Source: Hydrolagus affinis (lineage: Eukaryota). From it: DNA of 64,000 nt. The stretch spans positions 1 through 64,000 of the forward strand of contig JAAILG010000320.1 of assembly GCA_012026655.1 (NCBI GenBank), written 5' to 3'. Positions within the stretch are counted from its first letter, which is position 1. Each line of letters starts with the position of its first letter. The position numbers were made by a program, and so were the translations under genes. Positions 53,660 through 64,000 of this stretch are shown in pieces. The notes under the pieces were generated by a model that worked only from the letters and a program-made list of their open reading frames with translations, was not told where the DNA came from and did no database searches.

Positions 53660-53912
53660 AGTCCAATCCTTTCCTCAGCTGATGTCTACTCATGTGCACA
53701 TAGCAGTACTGGATAGCAATCAGGATCAGGCGCCCTGCCCTGGCTGCTTTATCCATCCCTGACCTGGGGCGTTGAGGCAGGCGGACAATTGCAGTGCCTA
53801 CTTGTAACCTGGCTGAGAGCAGCTAACTCCGCACTGACTGGGATTCAAAGCTGCTATCTTCCAATTTCTATGATTTAGTCCTGCCTTTACCCATTAGCCC
53901 ACAGGGGGAGCT
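53660..53912 (-). mobile_element. Ancient SINE-like repeat of a different family
   Basis: Minus strand begins GCTCCCCCTGTGGGCTAATGGGTAAAG...TTTGAATCCCAGTC...GAGTTAGCTG (A/B-box-like); GAGTTAGCTG pieces recur near 16255, 20468 and 45242. Confidence 0.45.
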
Positions 53913-56900
53913 TAAAACAAGAGCAACATCTTGAAACGGGTCAACATGCATAATTCGGCAGACGACCCAGGGAACTGGATAAAGGAATGCACATTATTCA
54001 TTTTTAGGCAACTCACTTTCTAGAATGGGAAATTTGTCCCCTTAAGCACAGGCACCAAATCCACAATGGTTTGAATGATGCATTTGAATCTCAGTTTATT
54101 CAGTCTAGTAATAAAAACAACCGATTAAAAATAAACATTTCAGAACGCAGCTTTATCCAACTATTATTGTAAATTGTCAATGCCGCCATCATTTCGAATT
54201 TTTAAAAAAAAGTTTAGTAGCTCAATTATCAGCATGTCTTGCCTTTTCAATGCTCAAATACTGGAAGATTGCACCAGCACTGATCTGTGCAGCTGTGCAC
54301 AATAAAGGATTTGTAAGATATTGCCGACTTGCACTTTGTTACAGAAAGGACAAAGACAGAGGTTAAATACTGTATGGTTAGCCGTTCTTGACACGCTGCA
54401 CAAAGTAACGTACCCTCCATCTGCCAATAACAGCACATCACCTCCCTTATGCTGCACCCAGTCTTGTCCTCAGTTCATCACTCATTCCAGGTCAGGATAC
54501 CATGGTGCAGAGATAAGAATGTTTGTTCGACATGCTCCATGTCAAAACACTCATCTATCTTCTATATATCAAACCCCACCAGAGCAAAACGCTCTGCGAA
54601 AGATAAACGAACCTTCCCAGCCAACAGGGAAACTAGTAAACTCTTCCACAGCTACTGCTACAACACTTTTTCCTTTCTACAGTACTAGCTAAGCCCAGTT
54701 GTCAAATGGTTTTATAGCCCCTGATGGACTATTGTTCCAAAAAAATGTAAACAGGATACCAGTGAATGACAAATTAACCTCTGCAATGGGAGCTTACAAT
54801 ATTTTCATTGGAATGAATGAACACAGAAGTGACATCTTGAATACCACTACCACGTTGTGTTAAGCTTAACCTGGATTCTTTAAGGGGTGGTATTAAAAGA
54901 TAGGGTTATCACCCACCCCCATTCCTCTGTTTCAATAAAGTCTAAGATATTGCTTTAAATCAGGTACAAACCCTTGACTGTCCCAGTCAGTGTCTTGGAA
55001 ACATCGCCTGACATGAAAGACTCTATATATGAAATTTTATGTAGTTATTGAATCATTCTGTTTTCATTTTCCTTGATAATTTCTCTCCACACATCCCCAT
55101 CCATCCCCATTTTTTCTTATTTAAAAAGATCCCAATTGCCAATATCAAATTTTTAATTAAAAAATCCCACAGAAAAAGGTTTGTTCTGTCAACCTCACTG
55201 CCCATATTTCTGATGTTTCTGATTTCAGGCAATCTCTAACCACCAGTTTTGATACTTTCCAATCTTCTAAAATTCAGGAATGGCTCTAATCTTTCCAAAT
55301 AAGCAAACTTATTTATTACAAATCTTTCTACACGTTTCCAGATTTTTTTTGGATGGTCTGGAGTTACATCCCACTACTCAATGGTGGATGACAGGAAATA
55401 TATCCTGCTGTTTCCTAAAGGAAACTAAGAGGTTGATCGCAAAGGTTAGGATCCAAACTTCATGACAAATGCCCTCTTCATGTTTAAGCGAAATTCATCA
55501 CTTCCAGCAGTAAAAGGGATTAGAAATAGGAAGTTGTGTTCAAATTGCTCCAAAGTCTTGCCCTATCCACCCCTTCAATCCCCTGAACCCAACAGCCCCA
55601 ACCGCACTCGTTGCTCAGTATACACTGGCCTGTGTTACGTTCCTCAGCTGACCCCCTTCCCCATGGTGGGCAAGATTCTGGAGCTCCATTCTGCTTGGAC
55701 ATGTCCTCTTGCCGTGAACAGTGTGATCTCAAATGCAAACAATAAATTCAGGAGTGCTGTGACTGGCTTTCCAATCAAGGTCACTATCTTTCAAATATTT
55801 CTGAGGCTTTGGTGCAGTTGAATGAACAGTGGGGAGGTTGAGGGCAGAACTTGGCTAATAAAATGCCATGTATCCACAGGTTGCCAAGGAAATGCTGAAA
55901 GGATGGCAGCCCTATTGGAGAGGTTAGGCACCTCAGGAATAAGTTTTTTTTTAAAAAATACAGGTTTTTGAAGTACTGTATTTCAAAATACTTACGGATA
56001 AGAATATTGTAGGACGCTACCCGAGAGAACTATTTGGAGTTAGCCGTGCCAAATCAGTGCATGCATAAAACAATACAAGCCGTGTAGAATTCCAAGCATG
56101 CTTCTTAAAACAGGAGGAACAATTGATGAAACAAAGCCCCACATGAAATTTAGTAAAAAGAGGATCAAACGTAAAATTACTGAGGTATGAAATTAGTCCT
56201 TAGCAGATGAATAAGTGTCTCTCAACTGTGAAATAAAAAGCAATCCAAATATCCATCTGTCAACCTCTCAATAAGAAATTGGGAAAATGCCTCAGATTTG
56301 TTTTTAGTGTTAAAGGTTAAATCGGAAAGTTTAATCTATATATTAAGAGGTATAGTCTGAGTCCTGGCCTTTGCCTGGCGGTCTATGGCCGGGTATTCCT
56401 GTAAGCAAAGCACATCCTTTACTGCATCAGAAGAGAAATTACCTGCCTGCCCAATAATTTTCCTGGACTGTATCAAATTCACACACTCACCACTAGATTA
56501 ATATATATCAGCCGAGAAGGTGGCCATCTGGAAAATAGTTTCCAGTAACTTTCTTTTCTAATGGTGCCAATCAGGCATTTGAGCCAGCCAGCAACAGTTA
56601 CTGATGCTAGGATGAGTTGGGTGATTGTCACAAAGCATTCTAGGCTTAAACAACAAAGAGGGGGGAAAAAGACTTACCATGACAGAGGTTAAGGTGAATG
56701 ACAAACGTGGCTACAGTTACTAAATCAAGTGAGGTCTAGTGAGCAAAGTTCATTCTGGCTAACGCGGAAACAAATCAAAATTAGTCATTTATTTTTCGAA
56801 GAAATATTTTTCAGCTAAGCATACGTCGACGAGTACTTTAAGGGTTAAAATAAGTAAAAAGAAGTCATGTTTTTCTTAGTTCTTGTTGCAGACAGACACA

Positions 56901-56977
56901 TGGGAAAGGGAACCTTATACCTTTCATGTATATTTCCCTGCCTTTGTGGTTTTCTTGATGTGAAACTCAATGATCCA

Positions 56978-57369
56978 TTATCTGCAAGAATATTGGACAC
57001 TACTAATAGCTGAAATGATCTTTCATTATCAGCTGTAACAAAGTCCATTTTGCTGCCTATCTCAGTGTCTATAGCAGTCGCTGATTTGTTTGCTTCACTA
57101 CCTGCATTAATGCAATTTGGTTATCTTATCTCTCCATCAGCCCCGAGTCTCTCCATCCAATTGGACCCAGTTCCATCATCTGACCCTAAAATTATCAGAA
57201 TAATTCCTATCACTGGGATCATTAACCAAATACTGTAAGGTATCCAGGCTGTTTACTTTTGATAAAGTCGCAGAAAATAGCAGTGACTGTCAGCACCATT
57301 TATCTAAGAAATAGATTTCTTTTGTTCTCACGCACGTTCAGCGCTGTACAACAGAAATATTTCTGATAA
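56978..57369. promoter_or_regulatory. Intronic GATA-site cluster (candidate enhancer)
   Basis: About ten WGATAR sites in about 400 bp, including overlapping TTATCTTATCT and TTATCAGCTG (GATA next to an E-box). Confidence 0.5.
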
Positions 57370-57811
57370 GTTTATTTCTGAATCATTTTAAAGTACCACA
57401 TTTAAAAAGATCAGGGGCAAGATTAAATGGGGCACATCAACCTTGCAAAATGGGTCAAGTTTTTTTTTTACAAGGGAAATAAGTCAAAATGAAGTTTAGT
57501 ATTTCAGCACAATGTAGGATGTGTATCTTTAATGCTGTCACTTCCAGTTACAGTGAATAATGGGTTTGTTATTCCCTCCCCCCAACTCCAAACACACACA
57601 CACCCCTCCCACCTTTTCACTTAAGGAGTGATCATTGCATGAGCAGATAAAAACCGCAAACAGTAACTATCCATTAACAATGATAGAAGCCAGCTCTACA
57701 ATGGATGCCACAATTGGCCTCAGTATCTTTGAATCTTTGAGAGGATAAGGGGAAAAATGGGGGGGGGGGGTTAGGAAATCTAGGGTTCCTGACCAACTGT
57801 ACAGTGATGAA

Positions 57812-58030
57812 CACAGAAGTTACTGGGAACACAAGTCAGGCAGCATCCATGGAAAGAAAATTTGTTAACATTTCAGGTCTATGACCTTTTCGTCAGAACT
57901 GAAGAAAGGTCATAGATCTGGAACGTTAATTCATTTTCTCTCTCCGTGGATGCTGCCCAACCTGCTGTGTGTTCCCAGTGACTTCTATGTTAATACCAGA
58001 TTTCCAGCATCTGCAGTACTTTGCCTTTCA
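57812..58030. mobile_element. Palindromic Penelope-like (pLTR-derived) element with hammerhead-like cores
   Basis: 57812-57896 and 57899-57990 are imperfect reverse complements; each arm has CTGANGA, a stem-loop, then G(A/G)AA. Confidence 0.65.
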
Positions 58031-60404
58031 TCTACTATTCAAGGACCCTACCCGGCATTTATGGATTTCAGACTGGGACAGAACCTGGCACGACCGTTCT
58101 GTTGTTTGCACGTGAAGAAAACTGTAAACACCCGGCACTTAGGCTCAAGCAGGGAAATGGAAGCGTGGACTAAATACCAGAGGTTTGTTGGCTCCCCAAA
58201 TAGGAGCCCAGCAAGCAAGAGGCGCTGGCTTCAGGGGCAGTAGAGAAGGGGTGGTGGGGGGTTGCGGAGAAAGGAAAAAAACATGCACACACACATACAA
58301 CACAAATATAAAGACCTCACCAAGAACAACACTGCTAAGAGGCTGATGGGGCAAAAAAAGCACACTGTGTAATAAAGTGAAAGTTGATGTACAGATGTTA
58401 TAAATAAACCGTGAAGGGCAGACATTCAACAACTTTAAGTGATATTTTAAAAAAATTTAAAAACTGTGCCAAGTGTTTGAGCCCCACTTTCCCACACCGT
58501 AAAATCAAGATTTGTGTATAGTGTTTCACAAATGGACAGCTCACATCAAAACTCACTCCAAATGGTTTTAAATGTTTAACTGGTGCATGGGGGGGGGGGG
58601 GGAGGGGGGCGGGGAGTGAGGGTTGGCGGGTGGCAGGGGAAGCACATAAAGTGGTTCAAAATTGAAATATTCTGCTTATTTATTGGCAAGACGAGTTAAT
58701 GTTAAATTCTAAACATGCTAAATTCTGGTTCAACACGTTCATTCGCATATGGTCTACATAATCCATGTGTTTGTTTGCGTTTAGGCTATTTTTCGCTTGC
58801 CCACTTACTGTAGGCAGCATTCGCATCAAGCTCCTCCAGGTTAGAGCAACTTCACAGTTCCCTCTACTGCTGATTGAGAAATTCCCTACCAATCTCTGTA
58901 ATGATATCTTCCAACGAGAGAGAGAGATAGTGCATTCACCAATTTCTCTTTGTGTGGCTGGCTATACTGGAGGGCACTAGCATGACATGGTTTCCCAAAT
59001 CCTGTACCATTGTTGGGGTTTGTACCGTGACATTTTCTTACCAAAAAATCCAGAGAACACACAGACAGACGGTCTTTCTCCCACTAAAAAAAACAACCGG
59101 ACAATGACCTGGACATCTTCCAGGTCATCTTCTGATATCAGCACCTGACGACCTGGATGTCGGTCTTTTTTTTAGCTAGCAAAAAAGTTAGGAGGCATTT
59201 TGACGTGTGCAAGGAATATTGGCGTGCTGACCATCAATTGGGTCCCATTATAGCACTGCTTAGGATTTTATGGCACTTTAACCACCACGATATAACCTGG
59301 CTCCACTACAGATGATAGAGATCCAGCAGACATGGTCCAAGACTGCAGAAGCACCAAACCTGCAGTAACCCCTTCAAACATGGCTGCTGAAAGCCAAGAA
59401 CATGCCTCTTGAAAGAAACTAATCTTTTCAAAGTCAGGGGGAGAAAGAGAACTCAAAGCCACACGGCCATGAATCCACAGTTCTAAGATAAGTTAAAATG
59501 CTCTGGTTTATGTCGTCCAGTCCTCGTGATTACACGGCTTTAAGAACTTTTGAGAACTTATCTCGAATGACTCGACACAAAGCGAGCGTGTTTGAATATT
59601 AAAATGAAGTATCTAAAGGCATACCTCGGGACAGAAGTGTGAGGCAGATAGGAGCTTAAGATTGCTCTTAAATTAAGTGAACTTTTCTTTCACAAATTCA
59701 GGAACAGGTTCAAATATGATGATACCCTCCAGATTTATTTTCAAACAAAATACACTTTTCCTTTACAATCAAAGTCCTTTAGGAAATACAAACGCACATG
59801 CACACACGTATTAAAACACAAATCTTCAAGACAAGTGAAACAAAATATAGGACCTGCCCCCAAAAGGCGACAGAAAAGGGATTGTTTCAACCTGAAATGT
59901 GAGTCAAGAGTCAGACAACCAATCCTCAATTACTCCTCACCCCCAACAATGCTCTCACGACACTAACTTGAATCAATGAGTGTCTCTTCAAACAGCCTTA
60001 CCCAAATTCCAAAAAGTTAAACTTGCCGTCATATGTCTCTGCCAATAATGCCAAGGCGACTCGGGAACGAAAGCATCAGTGAAGTTTAAACCACACCATC
60101 TGAACGAGATCATTGTGCTCCACTTGGCTTTTTGACTTCTTTGCAACTGGAGCTTTTCCTTTGTCCCATCCATTTCCCTTAACTTACCAGATAACAGTAA
60201 TGTGATCAGCATTAAAATCTGCCTTTTATTTTCTTGGTGATAGTGCGTTGGATAAAGAATTGAGTTCCTGCTTACTGCAAGTGAATTTCCCTTAACACAT
60301 TGGTTTTAATATTATCCAATTAATAGTTATTCCAGGTAAATGGTAACAGCAGTTATTACAAGAAAAAAAGGAATATATTCTATTTTTAAAGACACTAAAA
60401 GGAA

Positions 60405-60760
60405 TTAATAGTAATAATACTTGCTTATCATGTTGTCAAGACCTCAAAGTGCTTCCCTGGATTTTACTGGGAGGTACAGTGATACATATTTGTAGGTGAT
60501 TACAGCAGCAAATTTGCCCACAAGAAGGTCCCACAAATAAAGTGAGTGAACACTTTATTTGGGGGGCTGTAATGTCCACTTGAACAAGCAGGTGGTATCT
60601 TGCTTTAACATCACAACAGAGGACAGCACCTCAAACAATGCATTACACCTTCAGCACGACATTAGGAGGGGGAGGCTCAGGCAAAACAGAGTTCAAAGTC
60701 CTGACGCAGATCTTGAACCCACAACTTTCTGCCTAAGAGCCAAGAGTGCTACCAACTGAA
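60405..60760 (-). mobile_element. Older tRNA-headed DeuSINE, diverged
   Basis: Tail TCAAAGTGCTTC, core CAGCAAATTTGCCCACAAGAAGGTCCCACAAA, head CTTGAACCCACAAC...GAGTGCTACCAACTGA. Confidence 0.6.
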
Positions 60761-62627
60761 CCATATTGACAGCTGGGTCGGCATTTGCCTTGCAGTACAC
60801 CAGAGGAACTTTCCTACACAAGATAGTCTTGTAATAGTTACAATATACTGAAGAGGAATGGACTGTCTGTGTCTGAGATCACAGAAAAACAGGAAATGGA
60901 AGATAAATGATGCACGTCAAGGAAGGAAGAGATAGAAAGTCAAAAGGAATAAAGGAAAGGGAAATAATATAACAGATGGAGATGAACAGACAACATTTAT
61001 AAATAACCTGTTTAATGCTGCATTTTAAAAAACTAAAACAATAGTTTTAAAGCATTATTTCCATTTCATTGATTTTTTTCTCTCAAATCATTTGATTTTA
61101 ATTTGCACTGATAAGATAAGGTTTTTATTTTAAAATTGCATGCGCACAAGTTGTTTCCCCCCTAAAATCTGGATAAGCAGCATTAAACATGTAACATACC
61201 ATAACTATAGCCCTCAAAATAGTCTATCTATTTTACAGAATATCCTGTGAAGCGCTGTGAGATGTCTTGATGTGATATCGTGTTCTATCGTATGCAAGGA
61301 TTATCATTAATTAAATATTACTCCTTTATAATGTATGTGTCCTCAAATTTATATTGCACTATACAACAACTGCACATTTAGTTTCAGATGAAACAAATTG
61401 TGTTAACCCATCACAATTATATATGCACAGAAAATTGAAAAAATAGATGCGTCCAAATTGTATAATGTTCCATTTTGAAATTATAGAAACGTAAATTTCC
61501 CTTTATTAATAATGTATTAACAATTAGCACTTCAACTCCATCTTTATCCATCCAGAATGTCGCTCCCCTGCAGTTTCACAGTTATATTTCTAAAGGGTAT
61601 ATATTTGACAGTGGTAGAGAAGAGAATTAGCAGACAAATGGTGAAACTGATCTGCAGCACAGGAATGCATACAACCTTTAGCACTTCCCACTATGGAGAA
61701 GGTTGGTATGCTTATTCTGGAACATACTAGTTAACCCTCAAGACATTTCTGTTTGAAAATATATTTTCTGACAATTGATGGTCAACAAAATGGTTTAATT
61801 AGCAGTTCTGGCATGTGTCCAAAAACGTTTTAAAAATAGGACAAACCTTTTATTAATATGGGATTGAAGTAGTTAAGGAATTTCTAAAGCCAGTAGCTCC
61901 CCAGTAAATGTATGCAATACAGGGGTGCTTGTGTTTTGATTTCTATCAACCACAAAATAGTTTCTTTGTACCTTAGTCCTTGTCTATTACACAATCCAGT
62001 CTCCTGTCCCTTAACAATGTAGGGAAAATAGAATTTATAGCCCAGAAAATGGGAGCAGCAATTCTAAACAACAGTATCTTTATTTCCACCAACCTCCCAC
62101 CTGCCTGCGTCTGATCTGTAGACGTGATTAAGTTTCAGATCAAGAATATTTCAGAAAGGTAACCCCTTCAGCGGCACAACCCAATAACTTGGTTTGAACC
62201 AATGTTCCCACATGTGCAAAGTATTGTGAAAGAAATACAAAGTAGTCTTAATTGAACTTGGTAAAATGGTGCTTAAAATCAATTCAAAGGAAACGCTGAT
62301 CACTGAAGCATACAGATTTAGGTGCCCACTACAATAAATAGGCCTACTCTTTAAAATTTCAATACAAATTATTCCTCAAATAATGTTCTACTTTAAAGAG
62401 GAAGCTACATTCGGACATCTAAACTTCTATCAGCTCGACATATCTTTTATTTAGAGAACAAAAAGCATTTACCCCACACGGCGGCATTAAATCAGTTTTT
62501 TTCTGCATGTTCTTTCAAATTAAAATTGAGCAACGCACAGAGCAGGCCTCTTGTTGCAGGGGGTAGAACACATTTAACCAAAACAAAGCCACAGATCAGA
62601 TTGACATCACTGCCTGGGATTAAGCCA

Positions 62628-62746
62628 TCCACAAACATACAGTCAATTCACTTTACAGTATATTCTGTGAAGTGCTTTGAGACGTCTAGAAGACTTGAAA
62701 AGCACAATATCAAATGCAAGGATTATTATTATTATTATTATTATTA
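62628..62746 (+). mobile_element. SINE 3' tail with (ATT)n
   Basis: CAGTCAATTCACTTTACAGTATATTCTGTGAAGTGCTTTGAGACGTCTAGAAGAC...GCAAGG(ATT)8. Confidence 0.85.
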
Positions 62747-64000
62747 ATATAACACAGCTCTGGGAGGCTGATCAGTTCTTGCTCTTCAGCATTGCCTTTC
62801 TTGCTTTGCAGCTCATGGCGAGGCACGGTTTCTGACCTACGATGCTTACTGGGTGGGGGGTGGAATCACTAGGAACATCCATAAACATGGAAAATAAGTG
62901 AATCAGTTTACCTTTACTCTCAAATACTTTAAATTTGGATCAAGCTATTAGGATTATTATTTATATATTTTTTTAGCAAACAATCTTACAAACTGTTTGC
63001 GAAACTCCCATTTTTTGGTACAGGCACAAATTGCACATGTCAATCAAGCTGGAGGGGTGGGTGGTATCTAAACCAAACAAGCTTTCAAGATTAAGTGGGA
63101 TATCCTGTATAAATATCCTAAAAGTCCTTTTCCACTGAACTATCAGATTTCACATTTAGACAGAGACGCTTCTATGATGTTCCATCTGACTGGGCTCCTC
63201 TGCAACCAACAAACAATTCTATTCTCGGAAGCGCATCTGTATAACCTGGTTAGATATCCTCAGTCGCCCTATAATATGCTTCAAAATGATTTAACTTTAC
63301 CCTCTTGTGAATCACACAATCAGATTATTCCAAAGGTAATAACTGCAACACAATAGCCCAGCCTAATTATGATTGCATATTACATTAAGCTGCCATTATT
63401 AAGGTTCCAACACTATAATACATTTTTAGATATATATATCTCAATACACAAGAATACAAAAGATCTATCAGTGAATATTGGAGGTTCAACTAAAACATTC
63501 CCTTGGTTCAGCTCATTTGAATTTATGAATTACATTACAGTCCCATTGTAGATTGTCCCATTGATCTAAGGAATGATATGTTGAACTGCAAGTTGCAGGT
63601 CACATTTCACATTGTGAGGAAATGCATTAAAAAAATTTATAATTCTGTAGAAATTTGACTTTTAAAATATAAACAGGCACAAAACAGAAGACTCCTCACT
63701 TATTACAATTACATCAGATGTTTTTATTTCTCTCAATCTTTGAGTGCTCCAAGCGAACACAAGATCAAATCTGAGGCAAGATTAGTCATGGATTCATTGT
63801 CCCTAGTTATACACGTCAGGTTACAGTGCCCTGGTTGCACCTAGTTATACATTAGTCATGATTACACTGGCTCTAGTTATAAATTGATCTTGATAAGTTA
63901 ATAGGTTATCTCTGTCAGCAACAAGTTATATGTGCGACATTTGTCCTTCCACAACTAAACAAAACAATGCACAACTGATCAAAAATCCACATCATCAAAC

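Noticed and set aside
1209-62747. Recurrent similar short ORFs (e.g. HDCLWDTAVRNWLPRF, IKCKDYYY)
   Set aside because: Translations of SINE copies, not a peptide gene family.

Overview
Vertebrate genomic DNA, AT-rich, with one 100-N assembly gap. The repeats (tRNA-headed Deu-type SINEs, L2/CR1 LINE ends, a Penelope-like palindrome) suggest a cartilaginous fish, probably a chimaera; this is inference. The only protein-coding gene I can support is ZFPM1 (FOG1, Friend of GATA 1) on the minus strand. Seven exons (4-10 by human homology, 53361 down to the stop at 28649) have GT-AG boundaries and consistent phases and give about 1152 codons. Exons 1-3 were not found and presumably lie beyond 64000. 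A roughly 2.5 kb 3'UTR probably ends near 26180. Positions 1-26000 look non-coding (repeats and candidate enhancers). Main observations: (1) this FOG1 has 11 zinc fingers, combining the mammalian FOG1-type fingers 3/4 with two extra C2H2 fingers resembling FOG2 fingers 3/4; (2) dense intronic GATA-site clusters, one with exact 11-bp spacing; (3) an intronic hairpin of two inverted hammerhead-ribozyme-like cores; (4) small MITEs; (5) CTCF-like motifs. I found no wholly new multi-gene system.
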